From contig CBFIGY010000011.1 of assembly GCA_965662235.1 (NCBI GenBank), forward strand, positions 21,328 to 85,327: DNA of 64,000 nt, given 5' to 3'. This document shows positions 28,737 through 39,979 of this stretch, piece after piece. The position numbers and the translations under genes were made by a program. Under the pieces are notes generated by a model. The model was not told the origin of the DNA. It saw nothing but the letters and a program-made list of their open reading frames with translations, and ran no database searches. Every line of letters begins with the position of its first letter. The first letter of the stretch is position 1. The DNA is from an uncultured bacterium (GTDB lineage: Bacteria; SAR324; NAC60-12).

Positions 28737-29179
28737 GACTCCTCCTCCTTTGGGAATTTCTCAACCTTCAAGTGAGCCCCCTCTAGGGAGAGGACGTGAA
28801 TGGGGTCGCCGGCATCCAGGGGCTCGTTGCAGACCACCGGCCAGCGGTCTCCCCGGACCTGCGCGTGAGAGGCATCGAGCATGACGCCGGTTGCGCCAGG
28901 AAGCGCGTCCACTCCGGAACGCAGGCGAGTCGGAACCAGCCACTGCTCCAGGTACGACCCTCCTTTTGCCGCCAGTTGGTACATGACCAGGGTGCTGCCC
29001 AGCATCACAGGTAAAAAGACCAGCCCCTGAACCCACCAGGCCACTCCCAGGTGGTTCAGTCCCATGATCACGAGCAGTGCCACCCCGCTTCCGGAAAGCA
29101 GCCCCCCTGAGGGAAGGACGACATCAATGAGGATGAGCGCGCCCCCTGTGATCAGGAACGCCCAGGTGAGAAGGTCCAT
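28733..29179 (-). CDS. NfeD-family membrane protein (partner of SPFH proteins)
   Basis: Two or three N-terminal TM helices and a C-terminal OB-like beta domain. 4-nt overlap with the SPFH gene, the canonical nfeD-SPFH operon. Confidence 0.8.
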   Translation of the reverse strand: MDLLTWAFLITGGALILIDVVLPSGGLLSGSGVALLVIMGLNHLGVAWWVQGLVFLPVMLGSTLVMYQLAAKGGSYLEQWLVPTRLRSGVDALPGATGVMLDASHAQVRGDRWPVVCNEPLDAGDPIHVLSLEGAHLKVEKFPKEEES

Positions 29180-29649
29180 GTGGATGCGTCTGCAGGTGCC
29201 GGGGGTGCTGCCAAGGGCACGGTGACGCCTCTGTGCCGCGTGTGCCCTCTGTAACGGTTGGTCTTCCGCACCCTACTGGAGGTGCGTCGCGCTCGCAAGA
29301 AAAAAGCAGAACGCGGGCTCTCCCCTGAAGGGTGATGTGGTGCCGAGGAAGCGCATCTGCTCCTTTTTGATCAACGTCTTGGACGGACCTGGGAAGAAAG
29401 AATCTGGCAAGAAGAACACACCTCCTCCGGTCGTCCCATCCACGTCTGGGGGATGTAGCAAAAGAGCCGGTGGGGAGCGGCTCTGTCTTGGAGAAGCCGG
29501 TCATGTGTTGAGGAAGTCGGAGCATTTGAGGAAAATTCCACGGGGGCGGTTCCCAGACTTGACTGCCAGAGTCAGACTGGTTGAATGGATGGGACGCCGG
29601 GCTCTTGATTCCGAGCCTCCTTCTGCTCAACCCGTGCCGTCGCCCTACC

Positions 29650-30309
29650 ATGGATGCTCGCCTACGTGACCTTCCGGACTGGAACTACCTGCTGCTGGAG
29701 TTTGATCAGATCTACCGTCTGGGCTCCTCCGGAGGCAGCACCATCATCCGCAGCCACCTGAGACGAGTCCGGGAAACCCTGAGGCGGGTGGTGAAGACCA
29801 ATCCCTTTTACACGCCTCGGCAGCCGGAGGTCAAACCCGTCAACGCGCACTGGGGACGGGCGCTGGATCTGGCAACCTCCGGACCCTTGGCGCACCTGGC
29901 GCGGGTGCTGCCTCGGGTGGAGTCGGAGCTGGTGTGGCAGTGGGGGTATGAGCGCATTCCCAAGGAGCTCGCCAAGCGATACGCCTACTGTGAACTGCTG
30001 GGGCCGCAGGGGCCCATTCAGTCGGAGGAGTTGATTTTGGGGCTCGTGCTTTTTGCCCCCGGGACCACGTATCCGCAGCACCGTCATGAGGAAATCGAGG
30101 AAAGCTACATCTCGCTGGCAGGGGCGTGGTCGGAGAATGACGGCGCGGTTTATGCGCCGGGCTCGCTCATCCTCAATCGCTCCAACCAGCACCACCGCAT
30201 CACCATTGGCACCCGCGATCCCTGCCTGCTGGCCTACGCTTGGATTGGCCCCCCCTCGCGCCTGACGAGCCAGGTCTTCCGCTTCTCACGCCTGCAGCGG
30301 ATGCCCTGA
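29650..30309 (+). CDS. cupin domain protein (DMSP-lyase DddL-like cupin family)
   Basis: Classic cupin motif 1 GTTYPQHRHEEIEESYISLAG and motif 2 around HHRITIG. Start at the ATG at 29650; the upstream 23 codons of the ORF-track version look like non-coding read-through. Confidence 0.6.
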   Translation: MDARLRDLPDWNYLLLEFDQIYRLGSSGGSTIIRSHLRRVRETLRRVVKTNPFYTPRQPEVKPVNAHWGRALDLATSGPLAHLARVLPRVESELVWQWGYERIPKELAKRYAYCELLGPQGPIQSEELILGLVLFAPGTTYPQHRHEEIEESYISLAGAWSENDGAVYAPGSLILNRSNQHHRITIGTRDPCLLAYAWIGPPSRLTSQVFRFSRLQRMP

Positions 30310-33300
30310 CTCCACGGGCTCAGAGGAAGTCGTACGGATCGACTCCGGAGCATCATGTCGGAAGGTGAGGCCCCAGTCCTCCAGCAGGGCAAAGAACGCC
30401 GGGACGATAATCAGGGAAGCAAAGGTCGCAAACATCAACCCGAACGCCAGGCTGGCCACCAGTGGAATGAGGAACTGGGCCTGCGTGCTGGTCTCTGAGA
30501 GCAGGGGCAGGAGTCCGGCAATGGTGGTCAGCGACGTGAGGACAATTGGCCGGAAGCGGTCCCGGACCGCCTCCTGTGCGGCCTCCAACAGAGGCACCTG
30601 GTGCCCGAGGCGTTCCTTCAGGAAGGTCACTAGGAGGATGTTGTCGTTCACGACAACCCCTGTTAGCGTTGCCATGCCAACCAAGCTGGGCATGGTCAGT
30701 TCCAGTCCCAGCAGCAGGTGCCCAACAATCACGCCCACAAAGGCCATGGGCAAGGCCAGCAGCACGGCAAAGGGCTGCACGAGGTTCCGGAACTGAAACC
30801 CGAGAATGAGAAACACCCCCACCACGCCGATGAGGAGGTTCATCTGGAGGGAGTTTCCTGTGTCTGCCGATTCCTTGTCCTGCCCCTGAGAAACCATCTT
30901 GATGCCAGGGTACTGCTTCTTGAGCTCAGGCATGAACTTTTTCTGCACCGCGCGCATCAGCTCCTGGGCATTGGCAACCTCGGTATCCAGCGTTCCCTGC
31001 ACCGTGACCGTCCGGAGGGTATTGACGCGGTGAATCCGGGCAAAGCCCCGAACCTCTTCCAGCTCAGCGACCGCCTGCAGCGGAACCAACGTTCCGTCAG
31101 GAGCCTTAATGGAGAGGGTGTAGAGGTCGTCCAGGCTGGCACGGTCCTGGGCGTCCAGTTGCGCCAGAACGCTCAGGGATTCTGAACGCAGCAGCACCTC
31201 TAGGCCCGTGTTTCCGCTCAGAGCCGCCCGGACTTCATCGGCAACCGCCTTGGCACTGATGCCAAAAATGCCTGCAGTTTCCTTCAGGTGGATGCGCAGT
31301 TCCGGCTTTCCCGGACGGAGGTCATCGGAAAGATCACGGACCCCTGCGTACCCGGAAAGGAAGGCCTGCAGATCCAGGGACGCCTTCTTCAGCTGCTCCA
31401 ACTGATTTCCCTGCAGTCGCAGGTCAATCGCCTTCCCAGCGACCCCCCGTTCCTTATCCGTGAACTTCAGGAAGACCACATCCGGAAGGTCTCCGGTCAG
31501 CTCCCGCCAGCGTTCCAGCATGTCGGGAACCGAGCCCGTCCGGACTTCTGCAGACAGCAGGTCCGCGCTGATGGTTGCCAGGTGTGGACCGCTTTCATAG
31601 GCGTCCACGTTCGTGTTGTAAAGAATGGATATATTTTGAATCAAAGGCTGCCCCTCGGGCTGCAGCGGGGTGTACTCGGCGTCCAGTGCCTGCAGCGACT
31701 CCTCTAGCTGGGCCATGAGGGCTTCGGTCCGAGAAAGTGGCGTTCCCTGCGGCAACAGAACCCGAGCCTGAATGATGTCGCTTTCCAGCGTTGGGAAGGC
31801 CTGGAACTTGAGCAGGCCGCTCGGCAAGGTGGCATAGGCCGCAAGGGCCAGACCGAGCACTCCGCCGATCCAGAGGTAGGGTTGGCCTGTGGTTCTCTTG
31901 ACCAGCGGGACAAAAAAACGGTCCCGGATGGCCTGGAATCCGTTCTCAAAGCGGGTCTTGAGCGGACCCAGCTTCTGCTGCTGCAGTGACGGCAGCGAGT
32001 GCTTGAGGTGTGACGGTAGGATGAGGAAGGCCTCAATCAGGCTGACAGCGAGGGTGATGAGCAGGACCGCTGGGATGTAACGGAGCACGGCCCCCATGTT
32101 GCCGCTGAGGAAGGCGAGGGGCCCGACGATCATGCCGGTGGTCAGGAACGAGGAAATCACCCCCGGAAACACCTGACGGGTGCCCTCGACCGCGGCCTCT
32201 AGCGAGCTCTTTCCCTCCTTGAGTTTGGCGGCAATGTTTTCAGCAATGACGATGGAATCGTCCATCAGCAGGCCGGTGGCGACCAAAAGTCCCACCAGGG
32301 TCATCATGTTGAGCGTGTATCCCAGCGCGTCCATGGCAAACACGGCCCCTAGGAAGGAGACCGGCAGGCCCATCGCGACCCAGAAGCTGAAACGCAGCGA
32401 GAAGAACAGCCACATGGTGAGGAAGACGAGCGCGAGTCCCTGCAGTCCGTTTTCAACAAGAATCCGGAGACGAGAGCGGATGTTGGTGGTGGTGTCTGAG
32501 CTGATTTCCAGTGCCATGCCTCGGGGAGCCAGCTGCCGCTCCCGGACCAGGTTCTCTTCGAGTGCCGCCCGGACACGCAGGCTGTCCTGATCGTACGTTT
32601 TGGCGATGTTGAGAATGGCTGCTCGCTGACCGTTGAAGTAGGTTTTTTCTTCCGGACGGTCAAAGGCCAAGTGGATGCGGGCGAGGTCCCCAAGGCGAAC
32701 CTGCCCTCCGTTTCGGCTGGAGAGGACCAGGAGGCTTTCCAGCTCACGAGGGGTTCGGCGCTGCTCGCTGAAACGAACGATCCAGTCACCGTCCGGAGTG
32801 GCAAGGAGGCCTCCGGGAAGGTCGAGACTCTGACGGACCAGAGCGGCCTGAACGTCGCTGAGGCTCAGCTCATGTCGTTGCAGGGCCTGCTGGGAAACCT
32901 CCACCACTAGGTTGCGTGCCGAAAAGCCACTGAGCTGCACCTGGGCAATCCGGGGATCACGCTGCAGCCGGTCCTTGACGTCAGAGGCATAGGCCAGCAA
33001 TCCGGCTTCTGAGGTCGCCCCTGTGATGGCAACGCTGGCGACGCTGGCGGTCCGTTCGAGTTTGGCAACTGAGGGACGTTCAACCTTTGCGGGGAAGGAC
33101 GAAATGGCTTCAATCTGCGACTTGACGTCATCATAAAACTCGCCCATGTCCGTGGATTCGGAGCGCTTGGCGGTGGCAATGGCGAGGTTTTCTCGTGCAT
33201 CGCAGCGCAACTCCTGCAGTCCCGAAACGCTGTCCAGGGCTTCTTCCACCCGCTGACAGACCGATTCCTCGACCTCGGCCGGGGTGGCTCCCGGATAGGG

Positions 33301-33441
33301 GGCACGGATCTCTACTTCTGTGGCCGGAGTGAGGGGAAAGGTGTCTCGCTGCAGACGCGGAAGGGCGTTGAGGCCCAGTGCGAGGATGGCCACCATCAGC
33401 AGGTTGGCTGCTGTGGGGTGGTCGCTGAAGTACCGGATCAT
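30286..33441 (-). CDS. RND efflux transporter permease (AcrB/HAE-family)
   Basis: 1051 aa with 12 TM segments and two large periplasmic loops. The N-terminus MIRYFSDHPTAANLLMVAILALG is typical of RND pumps. Confidence 0.9.
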   Translation of the reverse strand: MIRYFSDHPTAANLLMVAILALGLNALPRLQRDTFPLTPATEVEIRAPYPGATPAEVEESVCQRVEEALDSVSGLQELRCDARENLAIATAKRSESTDMGEFYDDVKSQIEAISSFPAKVERPSVAKLERTASVASVAITGATSEAGLLAYASDVKDRLQRDPRIAQVQLSGFSARNLVVEVSQQALQRHELSLSDVQAALVRQSLDLPGGLLATPDGDWIVRFSEQRRTPRELESLLVLSSRNGGQVRLGDLARIHLAFDRPEEKTYFNGQRAAILNIAKTYDQDSLRVRAALEENLVRERQLAPRGMALEISSDTTTNIRSRLRILVENGLQGLALVFLTMWLFFSLRFSFWVAMGLPVSFLGAVFAMDALGYTLNMMTLVGLLVATGLLMDDSIVIAENIAAKLKEGKSSLEAAVEGTRQVFPGVISSFLTTGMIVGPLAFLSGNMGAVLRYIPAVLLITLAVSLIEAFLILPSHLKHSLPSLQQQKLGPLKTRFENGFQAIRDRFFVPLVKRTTGQPYLWIGGVLGLALAAYATLPSGLLKFQAFPTLESDIIQARVLLPQGTPLSRTEALMAQLEESLQALDAEYTPLQPEGQPLIQNISILYNTNVDAYESGPHLATISADLLSAEVRTGSVPDMLERWRELTGDLPDVVFLKFTDKERGVAGKAIDLRLQGNQLEQLKKASLDLQAFLSGYAGVRDLSDDLRPGKPELRIHLKETAGIFGISAKAVADEVRAALSGNTGLEVLLRSESLSVLAQLDAQDRASLDDLYTLSIKAPDGTLVPLQAVAELEEVRGFARIHRVNTLRTVTVQGTLDTEVANAQELMRAVQKKFMPELKKQYPGIKMVSQGQDKESADTGNSLQMNLLIGVVGVFLILGFQFRNLVQPFAVLLALPMAFVGVIVGHLLLGLELTMPSLVGMATLTGVVVNDNILLVTFLKERLGHQVPLLEAAQEAVRDRFRPIVLTSLTTIAGLLPLLSETSTQAQFLIPLVASLAFGLMFATFASLIIVPAFFALLEDWGLTFRHDAPESIRTTSSEPVESGHPLQA

Positions 33442-34787
33442 TTCGAGCCTCCCTTACCCGTGCTTGGAGGCACCTGACCGGTGGCTTGAGTCATCAACGC
33501 CCGCTGAGCCTTCGGGTCTTCCTGTGGAGCGAGCAGCATTCCAGGAACCGGAGTCAGGAGGTCAGAAACCACCACCTGCTCTCCAGCCGTTACTCCCTTT
33601 TGCAGAACGGCGTAGTTTTCGTGAGTGAAGCGTACCTGGACCGGGCGCAGCTCCAGTCGGTTTTCAGCAGTGACCACATAGACCTGGCCACCATGCACCG
33701 CAGAGCGTGGCAGAATCAGTTGCGCCTCGGCGGACTGTGCGGAAAGCTCCACCTCCACAAAGGTGTTGCGGAGCAAGGGAGGACGTTTTCCGGGGCGGGC
33801 CTGTGAAAGCGGATCGTCAATGCGGACCACCACGCCGAGGGCCTGCGTCTGCGGATCAATGACACCCGAAACCCGGTCAATCTGTGCCGGCCAGGTGACA
33901 CTGTGGGTGGGCGTCCGGAGCCGAACCGTGGCCTGCAGGCTGAGCACGCCTTGGGCGGTGGAGTCCTGGTTCGTCAGGGTGATCAGGGGCCGGAGGGCAC
34001 CAACGGGGAAGCGGGCCTCGACCTCCACAGCGTCCAAGGCATCCGCTGTCAGCAGCAGCTGTCCCCGGTTGGCGTACTGCATCTCGCTGACCCGGACGTC
34101 GGTGATCCGGAGGTCGAACGGCGCCTTCAGGTGGGTCCGTTCCAGGTTCAGGAGCGCTGCCTGACGCTGGGCCTCCAGCACTCCTCGCTCTGCTTGGTTG
34201 AGGTCAATGGCGTTGCGCAGGCTCTGCACCTGTGACTGCCCGTTGAGTGTGAGCCGTTCTGCGGCATCCACGGCATTCTGAGCGCCAGCGCCTTTGGCCG
34301 CGAGGTCCTTCTTGCGCTCATAGTCGGCGGTGAGCAGCGCCAGGTCCTTTTCCGCCAGAGCCAGGCTTGCTTCCGAGGTCCGGTTGCGGATGGTTGAGGC
34401 CTTCAGCTGGGCGTCAATCTGAGCCAGAGCCAGCTGGTAGTCACTTTCACCAATCCGAATGAGCTCGGTTCCGGCAGAAACCGTTTCTCCGCTTTGGGCC
34501 GTGTCTGCAAGCCAGACCACCGGGCCGGCGACCTCGGCGACCGCTTCCCAGGTTCGGCTGGCCTGCACGGTCCCGTATCCCACCAGACGTGGCTGAATGG
34601 GCACCGGACGCACCGCCAGCACCCGAACCTTGGTGGCCCGTTCTTCCGGATTGGCAGGTTGGGGTCCGCTCTGAACCTTGGGCGCCAGAAGCACCAGAGC
34701 CAGACCAATGAGCAAGGGGGGAATTCCCCAAAAACGACGTAACCAGGGACGTTGAGATGTCGGCATAATTTCCTCGTGGAGCAGCAA
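33438..34787 (-). CDS. RND efflux periplasmic adaptor (membrane fusion protein, HlyD family)
   Basis: N-terminal TM anchor, coiled-coil hairpin region (ALAQIDAQLKAS...LALAEKDLALLTADYERKKDL) and beta-barrel/MP domains. 4-nt overlap with the RND gene. No outer-membrane factor gene is adjacent. Confidence 0.85.
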   Translation of the reverse strand: MLLHEEIMPTSQRPWLRRFWGIPPLLIGLALVLLAPKVQSGPQPANPEERATKVRVLAVRPVPIQPRLVGYGTVQASRTWEAVAEVAGPVVWLADTAQSGETVSAGTELIRIGESDYQLALAQIDAQLKASTIRNRTSEASLALAEKDLALLTADYERKKDLAAKGAGAQNAVDAAERLTLNGQSQVQSLRNAIDLNQAERGVLEAQRQAALLNLERTHLKAPFDLRITDVRVSEMQYANRGQLLLTADALDAVEVEARFPVGALRPLITLTNQDSTAQGVLSLQATVRLRTPTHSVTWPAQIDRVSGVIDPQTQALGVVVRIDDPLSQARPGKRPPLLRNTFVEVELSAQSAEAQLILPRSAVHGGQVYVVTAENRLELRPVQVRFTHENYAVLQKGVTAGEQVVVSDLLTPVPGMLLAPQEDPKAQRALMTQATGQVPPSTGKGGSK

Positions 34788-34881
34788 TATCGATTTATTA
34801 GGATAAATAAATATAGTGAGTGGAGCTGGTCGTAAATTTACGCAGCGTCGGTAGGGGGCCCGAAAAAAGGGGGATGGATGC

Positions 34882-36327
34882 TCAGCGTCGCTCGCTGCGG
34901 AGGATGAAACGCTGCAGGGGCGGGGGAAGCATGAGGTCGAAGCGGAGGCTGATCGAGGTCAGGAACCAGCCAAAGAGCTGCTTGAGGGCAGCAAGGTGTT
35001 CGTCTTCCAGTGCGTAGTAGAGGTGCCGTCCGATGTAGATGGCGGGGCCCTTGCGAGAGAGCGTCTTGCCCTGAATGAGGAAGCGGATGAACGGGGCCTC
35101 GACTAGGCTGTCGGAGTCGGTGTCGAAGGCCCCAACGCCCAGCTGACAGGCAACCATCCAGCCTGCTGGAAGTTCCGTTTCTCCATCTAGGCGCAGGAGT
35201 TTGGGAATCCGGAACCCGAGCATGCGGCTGTATTCCCGCTGCAGGCGTCCGCCACGTTCAAAGGGGTGAGCGCTCCAGCGTTCCGAATCCCGGAACTGGC
35301 GGTCGGCTTCACTGAGCCAGTACTGCACGACGTTCAGCAGAGCTGCTTCGAAGGAAGCCTGATACCCCAGCAAGGACCGGGTGCCATCGAGCGCCGTTTC
35401 CACATAGTCCTCAATGCGGGCCTGGAAGTGCGGGGCCGAGCAGTCATCAACAGGATTGAGGGTCCGGATCACCTGCTTGAGGGGGGAAGCGTTGCGGGCG
35501 CAGTACTCCCGGAAGGCCTGCTCCAGATTTCCTGAGAGGGGCTCCGGACGCTCTAGGTCTTCGAGGGGTGGCTCTTCGGTGTCATCAATGTCCGACTGAG
35601 CAAGGCGGAGGACGCCTTCCTTGACAAGGCGCTCCACGGTCCGGAAGTCAAGCTTGCGGAGGAGGCTGTCCCAGCGCTTCACCGGACGTCCGAGCAGCTG
35701 TCCAAGACGCATCAGGAGCCAGGCGGTGCCTTCGTCGTTTTGAGCAAGGTCGTCCAGCTTCTTGAGGAAGAAGCGGTTCTTGGCAGTGAGGTAGATGTGG
35801 TAATGCGGGGAGAAGAGGCCCTGGAGGCGTTCTGCCAGAAAGGCCCGGCGGCGGTCTTCCGGAAAGCTGGGGATGGAGGCAAAGTGCTGCTCGAGCTTTT
35901 GCCGCTGCCTCAGCGTCTCAGAGGGCGCGTCCAGCAGCGTCTGCAGGCTGCGTTCGAGGGTGTTGCGGTAGGCGCTCAGGGCGTCAGCTTCCCGCTGCGT
36001 CCGGGCGAAGTCGAAGAGGCGGTGGATGACCGCAAGGGACTGGATGCTCTTCTGGACACTGGAACGCAGTGCGGCTTCGCCCTGTTCCGGGTCGTAGTTG
36101 GCAATGAGGCGCCGAACGGTTTCCGGGTGATAGAACTGAATGGCGTGGACGAAAGCGCGGTGCGGGTCGCTTCCGGGGTAGGGCATTTCCACCGGGTGCT
36201 CCTCCTGGAACGCTTCCCATGCCACGTCAAAGGCGTCACGGAAGGTGGACATGAGGAGCCCGGTGTCACCATTCAGGGCGCTCCGCAGGTGGGTGATGCG
36301 CTGGTTCCAAGAAGCCACACCGCTCAT
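34882..36327 (-). CDS. hypothetical protein of 481 aa, the downstream partner of the MoxR ATPase
   Basis: The 6-nt gap after the MoxR gene on the same strand implies co-transcription. The composition is normal for a protein (Phe/Tyr/Trp/Lys/Ile present), unlike the Gly/Val-rich antisense ORF 35740..36783. No TM segment, no signal peptide, and no recognisable vWA MIDAS (DxSxS) motif. Confidence 0.6.
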   Translation of the reverse strand: MSGVASWNQRITHLRSALNGDTGLLMSTFRDAFDVAWEAFQEEHPVEMPYPGSDPHRAFVHAIQFYHPETVRRLIANYDPEQGEAALRSSVQKSIQSLAVIHRLFDFARTQREADALSAYRNTLERSLQTLLDAPSETLRQRQKLEQHFASIPSFPEDRRRAFLAERLQGLFSPHYHIYLTAKNRFFLKKLDDLAQNDEGTAWLLMRLGQLLGRPVKRWDSLLRKLDFRTVERLVKEGVLRLAQSDIDDTEEPPLEDLERPEPLSGNLEQAFREYCARNASPLKQVIRTLNPVDDCSAPHFQARIEDYVETALDGTRSLLGYQASFEAALLNVVQYWLSEADRQFRDSERWSAHPFERGGRLQREYSRMLGFRIPKLLRLDGETELPAGWMVACQLGVGAFDTDSDSLVEAPFIRFLIQGKTLSRKGPAIYIGRHLYYALEDEHLAALKQLFGWFLTSISLRFDLMLPPPLQRFILRSERR

Positions 36328-36333
36328 GACGCC

Positions 36334-37344
<1,011 letters not shown>

Positions 37345-37380
37345 GGTCCGAACACTCCGGGGAAAGAGGTGGCAGAAGGG

Positions 37381-38814
37381 TCAGCGTTGGGCTTGCTGCA
37401 GCAGCCGCAGGCACTTGTCCTTCCCAAATAAGTCAACAAGCAGGTGCAGGTCGGGACCCTGAACTTCTTGGGTAATGGCGGCTCGGAGGGGCATCCAGAG
37501 CGCCTTGCCCTTGATGCCGGTGTCCTTCTGGACCTGCTTTGCGAGTTGTCCCAAACGGGCGCCATCGAGCTCAGGCTCTGCTTCAAGCAGGGGGATGAAG
37601 GCCGCAAGGACCTGCTGGGCGGTCTCGTCTTCCAGCAAGGCGAGGACCTCTGGATCCGTGCTGGGGGGGCGTTCATCAAAAAAAGGCGTCAGCTGTGCTT
37701 CCAGATCCTGCAGCGTCACCAGTCGGTTCTGCACCGAAGCCACCACGCGACGCAGTTGCTCTTCCGGACGGTCGGCAAAGCGAGACGCCTGCAGAAACGG
37801 ACGGGCCCGCTCAAAGAGGTCATCGGGCTCCAGCTGCTGAAGGTACTGCTGGTTCATCCAGTTGAGCTTGTCCCGGTCAAAGACGGCTCCGGACTTGTTG
37901 ACGCGGCTCCAGTCAAAGCGTTCCTGCAGCTCCGAGAGGCTCAGCAGCTCCTGATCATCATCGGGACTCCAGCCGAGGAGGGCCACAAAGTTGACCAGAG
38001 CTTCGGGAAGGTACCCGTTGGCCTGGAAGTCTTCCACGGCCACAGCCCCCTGACGCTTGCTGAGCTTGGTCCGGTCGGCATTGAGGATGAGGGGAAGGTG
38101 AGCAAACTGCGGAGGCGTCCACCCTAGGTAGCGGTAGAGCAGCAGGTGCTTGGGAAAGGACGGAAGCCACTCCTCGCCCCGGACCACGTGGGTGATCTGC
38201 ATGGCGTGGTCGTCGACCACCACGGCAAGGTGGTAGGTGGGAAAGCCGTCTCCCTTGATGAGCACCTGATCCTCAGTCTGCGTGGTCTCAATGGCCACCT
38301 TGCCCCGAACAAGGTCGTCTAGCACCAGCGTCTCAGGAACGTCCGGAATCTTCATGCGGATGACGTGCGGGGTTCCGGCGTCTAGGCGTTGCTGAACCTC
38401 GTCAACAGGCAGGTGCCGGCAGTGCTGATCGTAGCGCGGAGTCTCGCCTTTTTCTCGCTGTGCGGCCTTGACCTGTTCCAGCCGTTCCGGAGAGCAGAAG
38501 CAGGGGTAGGCGTCCCCTTGTTCAATCAGCTGCTGAGCGGCGGCATGGTAGCGATCCAGCCGTTCGGACTGCCGATAGGGGCCATGCTCGCCTCCGACGC
38601 CGGGGCCTTCATCTAGGTCCAGTCCCGCCCATTCCAGCATCCGAATCAGTCCTGCCTCTGCGGCTTCCACGAGCCGGTTCCGGTCGGTGTCTTCCAGCCG
38701 GAAGAGGAAGGTGCCGTGGTGGCGACGGGCATAGAGCCAGCTGAAGAGGGCGGTCCGGAGGCCTCCGATGTGGAGGTGCCCGGTGGGGCTGGGGGCAAAG
38801 CGCAGGCGAATCAT
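37381..38814 (-). CDS. gltX: glutamate--tRNA ligase
   Basis: Class I signature HIGG (PTGHLHIGGLRTALF) and KMSKS variant KLSKR. The length and anticodon-binding domain are typical of GltX. Confidence 0.95.
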   Translation of the reverse strand: MIRLRFAPSPTGHLHIGGLRTALFSWLYARRHHGTFLFRLEDTDRNRLVEAAEAGLIRMLEWAGLDLDEGPGVGGEHGPYRQSERLDRYHAAAQQLIEQGDAYPCFCSPERLEQVKAAQREKGETPRYDQHCRHLPVDEVQQRLDAGTPHVIRMKIPDVPETLVLDDLVRGKVAIETTQTEDQVLIKGDGFPTYHLAVVVDDHAMQITHVVRGEEWLPSFPKHLLLYRYLGWTPPQFAHLPLILNADRTKLSKRQGAVAVEDFQANGYLPEALVNFVALLGWSPDDDQELLSLSELQERFDWSRVNKSGAVFDRDKLNWMNQQYLQQLEPDDLFERARPFLQASRFADRPEEQLRRVVASVQNRLVTLQDLEAQLTPFFDERPPSTDPEVLALLEDETAQQVLAAFIPLLEAEPELDGARLGQLAKQVQKDTGIKGKALWMPLRAAITQEVQGPDLHLLVDLFGKDKCLRLLQQAQR

Positions 38815-38844
38815 GAACGTCCGTTCGAGTGGAAGAAAAGGCGG

Positions 38845-39954
38845 CTAAGCGGTGACCTCAAAGCGGCGCATGCGGATGTTGAGGAGCAGGCCAATGCCGA
38901 ACATCATGGAGAGCATGGAAGAGCCTCCGTAGCTGAAAAAGGGCAGAGGCACCCCGACCACCGGCATCAGTCCCAGGGTCATGCCGATGTTGATGAGGAC
39001 GTGAGACGTGATGATGGCCACAATCCCCACCGTCTGAATGGCCCCCAAGCGGTCTCGGGTCTGCAGCACCCCTGAGAGAGCCCAGAGGGTGAGCAGCATG
39101 AACAGCAGCAGAACCACAATGGCTCCGGAAAATCCCCACTCCTCTGAAAACACGGAGAAGATGAAATCCGTGTGATGGGCCGGGAGGAAGTTCAACTGTC
39201 CCTGAGTGCCAGCGCCCACCCCCTTGCCCCAGAACTGTCCGCTGCCCACGGCGATCTTGGACTGGATGATGTGGTATCCAGCGCCCAGCGGATCCCGTTC
39301 CGGATTGAGGAAGGTGAGGACCCGGTCCTTCTGATACGGCTTGAGAACATAGTTCCACGCCAGCGGAAGGATCGCAAGTGCGCTGGCTCCCATGATCAGC
39401 AGCGTCCGGACGCGGATGCCCATCAGGAAGATGATTGGGAAGGAAATGATCAGCAGCAGCAGCGCCGTCCCGAGGTCCGGCTGCCGGATGATGAGGATGA
39501 AGGGGACCCCAATCAGCAGAGCTGGCGCCACCCAGTGCAGCCATCCCCGTCCGCGGATCAACCCATTTTCCCGGAAGTGGTAGGAGAGGGCGAGGACCAG
39601 GGTAAACTTGCTGAACTCCGAGGGCTGCACAAAGATCGGGCCCACCTTCAACCAGCGTTCCACGGGAGAGCCCGGGCCACCGGTTCCATAAAGCAACACC
39701 AAAACCAGCAGCCCAATCACTGCCAGGTGCAGGAAGATGCCCAGCTTGGCCCAGGTCCGGTAGTGGAGGAAGAGGGTGGTGAGGATGACGCCCAGGCCAA
39801 TCAGCATCCAGTAGCTCTGCCGGACGAGGTACCCCGTTTTTTCGGAGTTGCCTCCGGTGGCAGAGTACATGGCTAGGAGCCCCATTCCGCAGATGGCCAA
39901 GACCAGCAGGGTGAGGATCCAGTCAAAATTTTCCAGAATGCGTCGGTCAAACAC
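38845..39954 (-). CDS. rodA: SEDS-family peptidoglycan glycosyltransferase (FtsW/RodA/SpoVE), probably RodA
   Basis: 369 aa with 10 TM segments and conserved SEDS blocks (GAKRWI-like region, SEFSK, PDLGTALL...). The size matches RodA rather than FtsW, but no mrdA/PBP2 gene is adjacent. Confidence 0.75.
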   Translation of the reverse strand: MFDRRILENFDWILTLLVLAICGMGLLAMYSATGGNSEKTGYLVRQSYWMLIGLGVILTTLFLHYRTWAKLGIFLHLAVIGLLVLVLLYGTGGPGSPVERWLKVGPIFVQPSEFSKFTLVLALSYHFRENGLIRGRGWLHWVAPALLIGVPFILIIRQPDLGTALLLLIISFPIIFLMGIRVRTLLIMGASALAILPLAWNYVLKPYQKDRVLTFLNPERDPLGAGYHIIQSKIAVGSGQFWGKGVGAGTQGQLNFLPAHHTDFIFSVFSEEWGFSGAIVVLLLFMLLTLWALSGVLQTRDRLGAIQTVGIVAIITSHVLINIGMTLGLMPVVGVPLPFFSYGGSSMLSMMFGIGLLLNIRMRRFEVTA

Positions 39955-39979
39955 GGAGGGGCTGGGGCTTCAGGAACCG

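Noticed and set aside
34882-36327. Calling the 481-aa MoxR partner a vWA/CoxE-like protein
   Set aside because: I looked for a MIDAS DxSxS...T...D arrangement. Only a degenerate DTDSDS run lies ~90 residues from the C-terminus, too close to the end for a vWA fold.
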